A stretch of 63,383 nt of DNA, counting the filler, from Octopus bimaculoides (Eukaryota), in NCBI RefSeq assembly GCF_001194135.2. It is 6 parts of 5 records of this genome, joined end to end, with 100 filler letters (N's around TTAATTAATTAA, not from the genome) between each part and the next. Parts side by side here need not be neighbours in the genome. Positions count along the whole stretch, not along the records: positions 1 to 5,793 come from NC_068990.1; positions 5,894 to 14,146 come from NC_068990.1; 4 more parts are not named here. The stretch is one strand, 5' to 3'. The position numbers were made by a program, and so were the translations under genes. Shown here in pieces: positions 1 through 10,699 of this stretch (its first letter is position 1; each line of letters opens with the position of its first letter). The notes beneath the pieces are model-generated. The model searched no databases. It saw only the letters and a program-made list of their open reading frames with translations, and was not told the DNA's origin.

Positions 1-13
1 TTATTATTATTTT

Positions 14-139
14 ATGTTTGACTTTTGCTTTGCATTTGTACAAGTTGGATCCAAGTCTCACCCAGAGACCTCAAGAGACAACAAGTTAGAAGTTCATGTA
101 GGTGTTATGCCTAGGGTACCATATATTTGGATTTGTACA

Positions 140-141
<2 letters not shown>
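14..141 (-). mobile_element. 3' end fragment of a (TAA)n-tailed retroelement (probably R4/Dong-like), embedded in a TTA array
   Basis: Reverse complement closely matches 56045-56172; both copies are flanked by (TAA)n/(TTA)n and end in a TAA tail. Family assignment is inference. Confidence 0.55.
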
Positions 142-178
<37 letters not shown>

Positions 179-307
179 GGTTTGAGTCAGATTCGGTTTT
201 ATTTCTGGTAAGATTTATGCCTTAGGTGTCCAAAGGTTTCAGCAGACTTTATCATTATTATTAATCTTGTTTTGTTTGTTTGTTTGTTTTTTTGTTTCTT
301 TTTGTTG

Positions 308-360
<53 letters not shown>

Positions 361-384
361 TTCTATTAATTAATTAATTAAGCC

Positions 385-598
385 GGAGGGGGGAGGCTGG
401 CAGAATCGTTAGCACGACAGGCGATTGCTTAGTAGTATTTCGCACGTCGCTACGTTCTGAGTTCAAATTCCGTCGAGGTCGACTTTGCCTTTCATCCTTT
501 TAGGGGTTGATTAAGTAAGTACCAGTAACGCACTGGGTCGAGCTAATCGACTTAATCCCCTCCCCAAAATTTGATGTTTTGTGCTTCCAGTAGAAAGG

Positions 599-600
<2 letters not shown>
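385..600 (+). mobile_element. tRNA-derived SINE, family M (central GACTTTGCCTTTCATCC...GGGGTCGAT motif), (ATT)n tail
   Basis: A-box-like GGCAGAATCGTTAG, B-box-like GAGTTCAAATTCC, conserved central motif, ends GTAGAAAGG(ATT)n; many homologous copies in the window. Confidence 0.85.
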
Positions 601-630
<30 letters not shown>

Positions 631-667
631 CATTATTATTATTATTATTATTTTTAATTGAACCGAC

Positions 668-872
668 GGGCTGGCAGAATCGTTAGCACGTCAAGCGAAA
701 TGCTTAGCGTTATTTCGCCCGTCCCTATGTTCTGAGTGAAAATTCCGCCGAGGTCAACTTTGCCTTTCATCCGTTGGGGTCGATAAATTAAGTACCAGTT
801 AAACATTGGGGTCAATGTAATCGACTCATCCTCTCCCCAAAAATGGTTGCCCATGTGGAAAAAATTTGAACC
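668..872 (+). mobile_element. SINE family M, second tandem copy
   Basis: Aligns with 385-600 (GGCTGGCAGAATCGTTAGCACG...CAACTTTGCCTTTCATCC...GGGGTCGATAAATTAAGTACCAG). Confidence 0.85.
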
Positions 873-894
873 TATTATTATCATTAATAATAAT

Positions 895-1095
895 AAGGTG
901 GCGAATTGGGAGAATCGTAAGCACGCTGGACAAAATGTTTTGCAGGATTTCGTCTGTCTTAACGTTCTGAGTTCAAATTCCGCTGAGGTCGACTTTTCGT
1001 TTCATCCTCTCAGGGTCGATAAAATACGATCTAGGAGAATATCGGAGGTCAATGTCATCGACGAGCACCTTTCTTTGAACCTGTAGCAGAAAGAA
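895..1095 (+). mobile_element. SINE family M, third tandem copy (more diverged)
   Basis: Same head, GAGTTCAAATTCC B box and GTCGACTTTTCGTTTCATCC core. Confidence 0.8.
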
Positions 1096-1648
1096 TTATT
1101 AGTAATAAAGATTTCAAATTTTGGCACGAGACCAGAAAGTTCGGTGAGTGGTGCCCCATATATATTATAGCATGCTTACTCGTATACTATGCTCATGGAA
1201 CTGGGCTCACAAATATATGATTACAAATATATTAAGCGTATATTACCTAGTCAGTAAAGGTATATGTATATATGTATGCATGTATATGTATTAAGTTTGC
1301 ATGTGTGTGTGTGTGTGTGAGTATACTCTTAGTTTCTAAAACATTACAGATATGTTTCGTTTTGGGATTTGGTTTGCAAGATTCTTTATATGAGTTCGTG
1401 TGTTGAAGCATATTCTGTTGTGTCTGGAGAAAATCATTTTCTTTTAGTGCCTTATAATTTAACACACTCACCGGTAAACTTTCCATGACTATGGAAAATG
1501 TTGCAAGACGCAACGAAAATTTTAGAGAAATTAACAAGAAATAAGTGGAAATTTTATCGGTGAGTGTGTTAAATTATAAGGCACCAAAAGAGAATGACTC
1601 TCCCCAGACACAACAGAATTATAGATATGGCTATATATATATATATAT

Positions 1649-1702
<54 letters not shown>

Positions 1703-1757
1703 GGATAGATATAGATATAGATATATAGATATATATAAATTAATATATATATATGAA

Positions 1758-1804
<47 letters not shown>

Positions 1805-1969
1805 TAGATAGAGAGAAAGATAGGTGTACATATGTAAGTGTATATACATATATATACATGCACACGTACACTTCCACATTCGGAGCGCACACAGGCATCC
1901 AAACACGCACATATATAAAGAGACACATAAGCGCACGTACGTGTATATATCTGTGCGTGAATGCTTGTG

Positions 1970-2014
<45 letters not shown>

Positions 2015-2024
2015 NNNNNNNNNN

Positions 2025-2062
<38 letters not shown>

Positions 2063-2989
2063 TGCATGTATGTACACATACATAAAGACACAAATAATCA
2101 TATTAATTTTCACATGATACATTAGATGCTTACATATACAATCACACTATCACACAGACACGTGCATACACACACACACACACGCACACACACATATATG
2201 TATATATGTATTTATGTATGTATTGATTGATTTGTATCAGTGACTAAGCACGCGCGTCTTCCTGTAAGACCGGCATTGTTGTGCGTGTGTTAGTGTGCGC
2301 CTTTATACGCGCGTGTGTGTGTGTGTGAATGAATGAATGAATATGTGTTAGAGGATATTTTTATATAATTTGTCTTTGTTCCATATACAACGACGTGTGC
2401 ATATGCAATGTTGACAGAAGACTGTCTAAAAGTATGCTTTATACGTATGTGTAAATACGTATGCATATGGCGTATAAGAAGAGATATGCCCTAAGTATTA
2501 CTTTAAACTATATCTCGTAGTGAGACCTTGATTCTGGAATTCCAAACTTTAGAGAGATACGAGGAACCACCACTTAGCATCCATTGTTTATTATTTCTAG
2601 ATTTACTCTGATACGGACTAGCAACAATTGTCAGGCTCCCATCTATGGGATTAATTAGTATGTCACGAAATTGTCTCCAGAAGGTCACTCACAGATACCT
2701 CCAACGAACCCAGAGCACATGATGCCCTTCAGCTCTTTCGCAGCTTATCTAAGAGAAGGTAACTCCATACGAAACCTGTATCCTGATCAGAGAAGGTTTT
2801 AAGCCAATTAGAAACGTTTGTTCAAATCAGGCTCCGCACAGACGCTCAAACTGAGGAGGCTTTGATGAATTTTTAGCATATCCAGATAGATAGATAGATA
2901 GATATTTACACACATGCATACAGACACATGCACACACACATATATATGTCTACTGTATGCAATAGCGATCAACAGGTATTGAATTCATA

Positions 2990-3130
2990 GAGTTGCAACA
3001 ACTTCAGCTAATAGTTTGTGCGACTCAGCTCTGCACCTGAGACAAGTTGTTCTCATTTGAGTGGACTGAAGTAGAGTCAAATGATTTGACTCACCCAAGG
3101 ACACATCACACTGCTCTGTCTGAGAATCGA
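2990..3130 (-). mobile_element. Decayed tRNA-derived SINE fragment with CORE-like segment
   Basis: Minus strand reads GAGTTCGATTCTCAG (B box) followed by GTGTCCTTGGGTGAG (CORE-like). Confidence 0.5.
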
Positions 3131-3584
3131 ACTCATTTGCCACTATGTAAGTGTCTATGTTTCATCGTCTGTGAGTGTAATATATATATATATACATACA
3201 TACATATATATACATGCATATATATATATATATATATATATNNNNNNNNNNNNNNNNNNNNNNNNNNNNNNNNNNNNNNNNNNNNNNNNNNNNNNNNNNN
3301 NNNNNNNNNNNNNNNNNNNNNNNNNNNNNNNNNNNNNNNNNNNNNNNNNNNNNNNNNNNNNNNNNNNNNNNNNNNNNNNNNNNNNNNNNNNNNNNNNNNN
3401 NNNNNNNNNNNNNNNNNNNNNNNNNNNNNNNNNNNNNNNNNNNNNNNNNNNNNNNNNNNNNNNNNNNNNNNNNNNNNNNNNNNNNNNNNNNNNNNNNNNN
3501 NNNNNNNNNNNNNNNNNNNNNNNNNNNNNNNNNNNNNNNNNNNNNNNNNNNNNNNNNNNNNNNNNNNNNNNNNNNNNNNNNNNT

Positions 3585-4100
3585 ATATATATAATATTTG
3601 TCCTCAGCCGTCTGGACTACTGCTCTCAACTGTGGTCACCTTACACTATAGGATTAATAGAACTTGAGGCGGTTCAGCGATACTACACGAAGAAGATTGC
3701 GTCAATGGAAGAGCTGAGCTACTTGGAGAGACTGAAAGAGCTACGACTCTAATCCTTGGAGCGAAGACACGAGAGGTATGCAGTGCTATATGTGTTGAAG
3801 ATGCTGGAGGGGGCTGGCACCAAACTTTGGAACAGAGAGTTATACTAGGCCTCGAAATGGATGTCACTGCACTGTTCCAAAAACCCCAGCTGTGTCATCT
3901 AAGGCGAGGACCATGTACTGCAATAACGTGGGATTCAAAGACCCACAGCTATTTAACACCTTGCCGAAACATCCGAGGGATCTCCATGGAGTGGGAGGAG
4001 ATATTTTCAAGAAACAACTTAACTCTAGCTATCCAAGATTCCAGATGAACCAATATAAAGGTAGGAAACTCAAAAGAGGCCAGCGGTATGGCACTCCCAC
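3585..4100 (+). mobile_element. CR1/L2-group LINE, decayed C-terminal RT region
   Basis: Translation IFVLSRLDYCSQLWSPY...LEAVQRYYTK...LSYLERLKELRL*SLERRHER...KDPQLFNTLP matches the typical CR1/Jockey-group RT C-terminus; stops and frameshifts present. Confidence 0.85.
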
Positions 4101-4210
4101 CTTCAGCAAATGCCAAACCCACAGAATTGGCCAATTAAAAGGTGATTATATTGGCAGTGCCCCAGCATGGCCGCATCTTCAAAGAATAAAAGAATATATA
4201 TACATGCATA

Positions 4211-4431
4211 TACCAGGAGGTGCTGTAGAGTTCCTGACTTTAAGGGTGTCACGAAAATTCTGGCTGGAGGCCCAGACTTCCAAGTTCTTTTGTAAGGTTT
4301 AGAAAAATTGAAGGACTGCTGTAATAAGTGTGTGAATGTGAGAGGACTCTGTGTTGAATTAAATGATAATTAGCTGATCCTCCCGTATTTTCTTTTACCC
4401 AATCCCAGGAACTTTTCAGAACCCCCTCGTA
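4211..4431 (+). mobile_element. Internally deleted mariner (MITE-like, ~220 bp)
   Basis: Imperfect TIRs (TACCAGGAGGTGCTGTAGAGTTCCTG versus revcomp TACGAGGGGGTTCTGAAAAGTTCCTGG), TA ends, retained transposase C-terminus GLEKLKDCCNKCVNVRG. Confidence 0.75.
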
Positions 4432-4453
4432 TATATATGTGTGTATGTATATA

Positions 4454-5338
4454 TACAGGGTGGGTCGAATGTAAACTAAGCATTAGAAATTGCTTATAGA
4501 ATTTTGAGTATCACTGAAGCCATGACAAAAACATTTTTTGAACACTAATGAGGATTTCTTATTTTCTTATAGTCTTCTTTCTTATTTCTTATTTTTCAGA
4601 TGGCCGGTCACTTCACTATTCAGTAGCGAACTAAGATAGCAGCATGCTATGAAGTGTGGAATTCCATTGTTTTCGTTCAGAGATGGTGGCGTGCAAGGAA
4701 AGGTAAGCATGCAACACTAGTTTCGGAGACAATAAAAAGTTGTAATGCAATGCTGATGACGACGGGCTCTATGAACGAAGCAAGAATTGACCTTCTAACT
4801 ACATCCCGATCAGTGGAGAACATGGCAACAGTGCAGGAAATGTTTAATCGTAGTCCTCAATAATAAACACTTGAATCATCTTGTGAAAGTGGACTAACAA
4901 GCCACACAATACGTACGGTGTTTCATAAAGAATTAAATTTTCGTCCGTGGAGCTAAAACCTAAAGAATGTGAGCGCAGAATGGAATATGGAATGGCCTCC
5001 AAGAAGACCAGAGCTCACTCCATCTGAATTTTACCTGAAGCGTTACACAATAGAGGAAGTGTACAAGACAAAACCTCGCACACTGGAGGACTTGGAGACA
5101 CATATTTAGGTGGTTCTCAATGATATCCCAGACGACATCCTTCAGAAGGTTGTTCATTACATCCCAGGCCGTTTGAGGAAACTGGTTGACGCCACCGGTG
5201 CTTACGAGGAAATAAAAAGATTTACATTAATTTTCTCACGCAAGAAAGAAGAGATATATTTTGTTTCCAATAAATTTGTAAAAGGAATATGGATTTTATA
5301 ATCAGTTTTTAGTGCCTAATTAACTTTCACCCGCCCTG

Positions 5339-5340
<2 letters not shown>
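4454..5340 (+). mobile_element. Internally deleted Tc1/mariner-superfamily transposon
   Basis: TIRs TACAGGGTGGGTCGAA.../...TTCACCCGCCCTGTA with TA ends; decayed transposase from ATG 4600 (MAGHFTIQ*RTKIAACYEVWNSIVFVQRWWR), WPPRRPELTPSEFYL (WPPRSPDLTP-like) and C-terminal GRLRKLVDATGAYEEI. Confidence 0.8.
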
Positions 5341-5372
<32 letters not shown>

Positions 5373-5380
5373 AAGAGATG

Positions 5381-5411
<31 letters not shown>

Positions 5412-5793
5412 GAATTTACATCTGTATATATATATATATATGTATATATGCATATACATACATATACTTCTGTCTGTGTATGTGCGTGTGTATATCTATA
5501 TAAATGTATATATATGTATATATCCACATATATCTTTCTATATATACATGTACATAGATGCATATATATACACACACATATATATACAAACACACACACC
5601 ACACACACACACCAATACATATATACGAATATTACAATACTTGTAAGGCTGTGTATGTGCTATTGTTGTTCGTGTGTGTAGGAACATGTGTAAGTGCATG
5701 TATATGTATTTGTACACATATATTTACTTATATATACATGTATTCATATATATGCAGCTATACATACATCTATATCTACATACATTTACATAT

Positions 5794-5893
5794 NNNNNNN
5801 NNNNNNNNNNNNNNNNNNNNNNNNNNNNNNNNNNNNNTTAATTAATTAANNNNNNNNNNNNNNNNNNNNNNNNNNNNNNNNNNNNNNNNNNNN
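5794..5893. other. Artificial scaffold join N44-TTAATTAATTAA-N44
   Basis: Exactly 100 bp with a six-frame-stop 12-mer at 5838-5849; identical construct occurs five times. Confidence 0.95.
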
Positions 5894-7636
5894 TATAGTG
5901 TAGCGTATGAGGTGAAGGTTGTCGTGTATTATCCTACTTGGGATGGCACATGTCTGCACCTCTCCCACTAGGTCACCAACGACAAGCCTCACTCTCTTGG
6001 CTAACACCTTGGCCAAAATCTTTATCTCTGTTTTTAGCAGAGTTATGGGCCTAAAATTATTAATGTTATCTCCCTTGCTCGGATCCTTCTTGAACAATGT
6101 TACTACTCCTCGGCTCACAGATTTGAGAATTCTCCCGTTCTGCTGCCACCTCTCGTATACACCTGCCAGTATGTTCCCGAACAAGTCTGGCATACTCTTG
6201 CAAAATTCGTAAGGATGACCATCCAATCCCGGCGACTTGTCCCCAGGGCACTCGGAAAGCACCTCTATGACCTCCGCAGCTGTGATCGGCACTTCATAGC
6301 GTTGCGCCTCACTTGCCGAGAGACACCAGCTGCCGACCAGGAAATCCTGAAGGGCATCCCTATAGTACAGCGTTCCGCTCCTCCCAAACAACGCAGCGAA
6401 ATGCTCCTGAAAGGCCTTACACATCTCTTCTTGTCCTTCGATTTCCTGTCCTTGTTCGTTTACCACAGACCTTATCGTAGCATCTACGCTACGTTGAGTT
6501 TCTACCGAGCGAGCCCACCCGGCAACGTTTATACCCTCGCAACCCAGTGCACGTACTNNNNNNNNNNNNNNNNNNNNNNNNNNNNNNNNNNNNNNNNNNN
6601 NNNNNNNNNNNNNNNNNNNNNNNNNNNNNNNNNNNNNNNNNNNNNNNNNNNNNNNNNNNNNNNNNNNNNNNNNNNNNNNNNNNNNNNNNNNNNNNNNNNN
6701 NNNNNNNNNNNNNNNNCCTTCTACTCTAGCCTGCTCTAGACTTAACTGTTTGCTAAATCTAATAGACTCAAGTCGAATGGTTCTTTTGAGGGCATCCCAC
6801 CACCCGTTATTCAACACGGTGTCGGCGAGTTCCCTCGTGACTAACTCCTTAATCTGGCTACGTTATGTTTCGCAAGCCAATAGTGTCTTGTTCAACTTCC
6901 AGAAACCAGAACCCTGTCTATGGACTTTATCTATATGTACCTTAAACGTCACTAATTTGTGATCCCTGTAAGGTATATAAGTAAACTGTGGACAGGCTAA
7001 AGGAAGACCTATCTCTAGTATTCACTACTATCCTCTCTATATAAGACCTGAGAGATCCGTCATTATTACTCCAAATCCACATTGAAAAGCTCGAATTCTC
7101 GAGTCTGTATCGATCTGCCAGCCTAAATCGCTTCAGCAAATCGATGAGGCGTGAGTTACTCTTCCTACCGGTTGAGCCAAGGTTATCTAGGCGTGCGTCT
7201 AGAATAGCGTTAAAGTCTCCTAACATTACTATTGTCTTGGACGACATGAGAACGTCCTCTAGGCGTCGACAGAACTCATTCGGTTTGCCTGTTGTACAAG
7301 GCGTGTAAATGCCGATCGACCTGAAGGTCTTACCACTGAAAGTCAGATCCAGAACGACCGAATCACCTTCTGGGTCTGCAAAGATTGCACATGTCTGCAA
7401 GGCCAAGCTTTTTCGGATCAGAACCACAACGCCACTCCCTTCCCCTGTCCGACTAGGAGACATGATTTTCTCATAGTCATTCAGGAGGCTTGAGAAGTCC
7501 TCAGCTTGTCCAACTTGGTCTTTGTAGCAACCATAATATCAATTTCATGTCACCTGATGTCGTCGAGGAAACTAGCTTCCTTCCACTTCGAACTCAGGCC
7601 ACGCACATTCAGACAGCCTACACGTAGTGCAGCCAT
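5894..7636 (-). pseudogene. Tx1 copy A ORF2 remnant (APE endonuclease + start of RT)
   Basis: Starts MAALRVGCLNVRGL at 7636; GSGVVVLIRK, GDFNAILD, SGFWKLN, KSPGLDG, NFRPITLL motifs; internal stops and frameshifts. Confidence 0.88.
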
Positions 7637-7672
7637 ATCAAGAATCAAGAAAAGCATGAAATTTGCTTACCT

Positions 7673-9352
7673 TTAATCCAGGAGGATCGTCCTGAGTACA
7701 ACTGAGACTGGGACCACCCACTTCGTTTCTTTTAAGGTGGATTCGTTCGGCGTGTCAAACACTTTGGGCATGTCTATTAGTTCAGATATCTCTTTTGCAT
7801 ATCTGTTTTTGAGATCCTTATAAAGATCTCGGGGGCATTTTGCGATAGTCTGGGGGGTTTTAGTGTAACTAGTCCGGTAAATGTTACTCTGTAAGTGGAG
7901 TTTGATTATCTTCATCATGGGGTTTGATTATTTTCATACACTACAGTGGTCATTTCCTTTATATTGTGTGTGACATCTATTTTCTCTAAATCTAGTAATA
8001 TTTTCTTTTCCTTCTTTTTTTCTTTCCTCCTGGTTGTTTTCCCTTCTTTCCTTAGTTTTCGGAGCCGCCTCTTTGCTAGGTGACTTCGTTACTTTTTTTT
8101 TGGCCTTTTTCGCGACACCGTTTTGAAGTTCATTTCTACTGACGGTGTCGCTTCGGCCGTTTTTTTTTTTTCGGGTTCCAGTTCGGCGGTCGCCCTCTAT
8201 GTAACAGCCTCCGTGGCCGGGGGCGCCGCCTCCTCTGTACTTTCCTCCTTTTCCTGCTCTTTTTGTGGCGGGGAGCATTTTGACCTCAGGTGCCCCTTTT
8301 TTCCACATTTGAAGCACCTGGGCTTCCTCCTCTCCACGTGTACTGAAAGAATGTACCATAGAAAGGTGCCTCGAACCAGTGTTGGGCCAGATAAAGTACC
8401 TGACCGGAGGTACAAGATTCTCAACAGTAGAAGCAAGGTTCGAGTCGGCCGGGAAGGCAAAAGAATTATCGACTCGAACCTTGCAAAGTGGTAGCATTAT
8501 GATGCTACCGCTGTATCTGGGACGTAGAACGTCACGGATTAAAATTAAAAATATTCCCTGATGTGGAAATGGTATGGATACTGGCCACACTCCTCTATGA
8601 GAGCGAGGATAAAATAAATATCATACAGATATCAAGAGACGCTCCACAAAACTGGCGAAGACAAACGTTAGAAATCTTAGTCCAAGCTACAATGATAGAT
8701 CTAGAAAATTTGCCAGAAAAGATTCTCTTTGGTGAGGACATTGTAATACAATGTCCTCACCAAAGAGAATCTTTTCTGGCAAATTTTCTAGATCTATCAT
8801 TGTAGCTTGGACTAAGATTTCTNNNNNNNNNNNNNNNNNNNNNNNNNNNNNNNNNNNNNNNNNNNNNNNNNNNNNNNNNNNNNNNNNNNNNNNNNNNNNN
8901 NNNNNNNNNNNNNNNNNNNNNNNNNNNNNNNNNNNNNNNNNNNNNNNNNNNNNNNNNNNNNNNNNNNNNNNNNNNNNNNNNNNNNNNNNNNNNNNNNNNN
9001 NNNNNNNNNNNNNNNNNNNNNNNNNNNNNNNNNNNNNNNNNNNNNNNNNNNNNNNNNNNNNNNNNNNNNNNNNNNNNNNNNNNNNNNNNNNNNNNNNNNN
9101 NNNNNNNNNNNNNNNNNNNNNNNNNNNNNNNNNNNNNNNNNNNNNNNNNNNNNNNNNNNNNNNNNNNNNNNNNNNNNNNNNNNNNNNNNNNNNNNNNNNN
9201 NNNNNNNNNNNNNNNNNNNNNNNNNNNNNNNNNNNNNNNNNNNNNNNNNNNNNNNNNNNNNNNNNNNNNNNNNNNNNNNNNNNNNNNNNNNNNNNNNNNN
9301 NNNNNNNNNNNNNNNNNNNNNNNNNNNNNNNNNNTAATACTACTTTCTCCAT
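7673..9352 (-). pseudogene. Tx1 copy A ORF1 remnant (gag-like, CCHC); central ~400 bp (8346-8745) lies on the opposite strand
   Basis: MEKVVL at 9352; minus-strand EILVQ...GEDIV (8822-8747) and LSVHVERRKPRCFKCGKKGHLRSKC (<8349); plus-strand ERCLEPVLGQIKY...MLPLYLGRRTSRIKIKNIP/DVEMVWILATLL...GEDIV. Confidence 0.75.
8670..8822. repeat. Perfect palindrome, 76-bp arms with 1-nt centre (8746), abutting a gap
   Basis: 8670-8745 is the exact reverse complement of 8747-8822; the same peptide appears on both strands in the ORF track. Confidence 0.95.
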
Positions 9353-9813
9353 TTTCCTCTCAAATCATGCCGTACAAGGCTTGAATTTCCTCCTTTTTAT
9401 ATGTAATTGTTTCACTTCCTCCCACAACGGAGGCAAAATTCCTTTTTTCTTCTACCGAAGACATTATTTAACAATAATTTTCACAAAAATTTAGAACAAT
9501 AACAAAGTCCATTCCAAAATGGAGCACAGTCCGCACAAAAAAAGCACAAAATAAACAAATCTTTCCCCCGTGGGGGGGGGGGGATAACAATTTCAACAAG
9601 AAATTATTGCAACAACAGTTCAACAATGTTTCCCTTACGGGAAACCACAACAAAAAAATTGTTTTCCACGTGCATTGTGTTACATTGTTAGGTATTTTCA
9701 TTCTCCGTATTAACAAATTTCTTCATTTTCATTGAGTATCTACAGCCGCATCTTGTTTCAGGCGCCCACTACAATCTCTTCCTTGTTCATGCTACGCACT
9801 CGTGTGGAGCCAT

Positions 9814-10065
9814 TGTAGTGGATCGAAATTATGGCCGCCATTTTAGGAAGTGCGATCTACGCATGCGCAAGGGACTTGCCTTCCCGGAAGCCCCTCGAGT
9901 GCGCATGCGTAATAAACCAGTATTTAAAGCTTTTCGCACGTTTATTCGACCACTTTCTCTCTCTTTGCCTCAGAGCCGTGGTAGACAACAACTTGCTCAG
10001 ATCCACTCCGTCAACTCTACTGGGATGACTTAACCAACCTTTCGACTTCATCTATGCTGACTACA
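9814..10065. promoter_or_regulatory. CpG-rich promoter-like segment with TGTAGT...ACTACA termini (LINE 5' promoter or solo-LTR-like unit)
   Basis: GCCGCCATTTT (YY1-like, 9834-9844), two (T/A)GCGCATGCG-type NRF1-like sites (9858-9869, 9900-9910), CCGGAAG (ETS-like, 9884-9890), TATTTAAA near 9921. Function is inferred only. Confidence 0.4.
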
Positions 10066-10377
10066 CACCAACCTAGAGGCGACCCTGCTAGCAGATACCA
10101 CGTTATGTAAAGCCAACACTAACCTTACGATATAACACAGATTCACGCTCACTCTCAGTCAAATAACAAACTCGAACAAAAGGTTCTCACTAACTAATTT
10201 CTTTATTTGCCAATACATGGCTCACATAGAGGAGACAGCACAAAGACTAAACAAAAACATTTAGGGACTGGGGTTATACATTAATTAGTTCGTATAAAAA
10301 GTCAGATATAATGAAAGAATACAATGAAATCGAAACGAATTAAATGAATTGAAAATCAAATGATAATATACTTCTCC

Positions 10378-10672
10378 GGAGGCGCAATGGCCCATTTGTT
10401 AGGACTCGCGATCGGAGGATCGTGGTTTCGATTCCCAGACCGGGCGTTGTGTGTGTTTATTGAGTGAAAAAACCTAAAGCTCCACGTGGCTCCGGCAGGG
10501 GGGGGGGAGACCCCCGTTGTACTCTTTCACCCCAACTTTCTCACTCTTTCTTCCTGTTTCTTGAGTAACGCTGCGATAGACTGGCGTCCCGTCAAGTTGG
10601 GGGGAACGTATACGCCATAGAAACCGGGAAACCGGGCCCATGAGCCTGGCTTGGGTTTAAATGGGCGCAGAA
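10378..10672 (+). mobile_element. tRNA-derived SINE (distinct family)
   Basis: Head GGAGGCGCAATGGCCC...GTTAGG, B-box-like GTTTCGATTCC, downstream CTGCGATAGACTGGCGTCCCGTC...GAAACCGGG segment typical of animal SINE bodies. Confidence 0.7.
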
Positions 10673-10699
10673 AGGGAGAATACTTCACCGGGTTTGTGT

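Larger units (their letters stand above)
5894..9773 (-). mobile_element. L1/Tx1-clade LINE copy A (5' region, ORF1, ORF2 to early RT; cut by scaffold end)
   Basis: ORF1 with CCHC knuckle (CFKCGKKGHLRSKC); ORF2 APE endonuclease and RT N-terminal motifs. The 5' boundary is approximate. Confidence 0.85.

Noticed and set aside
364-381. TTAATTAATTAA near the window start
   Set aside because: No N flanks; part of a natural (TTAA)n run after a TTA array.
2690-2785. Minus-strand segment with good acceptor and gtgagt donor
   Set aside because: Stops in all three frames from the best acceptor; could be non-coding but has no other support.
9755-9775. tRNA-Lys PBS-like TGGGCGCCTGAAACAAG on the minus strand; ZNF143/THAP11-like ACTACAAT
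   Set aside because: Imperfect match not preceded by an LTR end; the short motif is equally explained as a repeat terminus.
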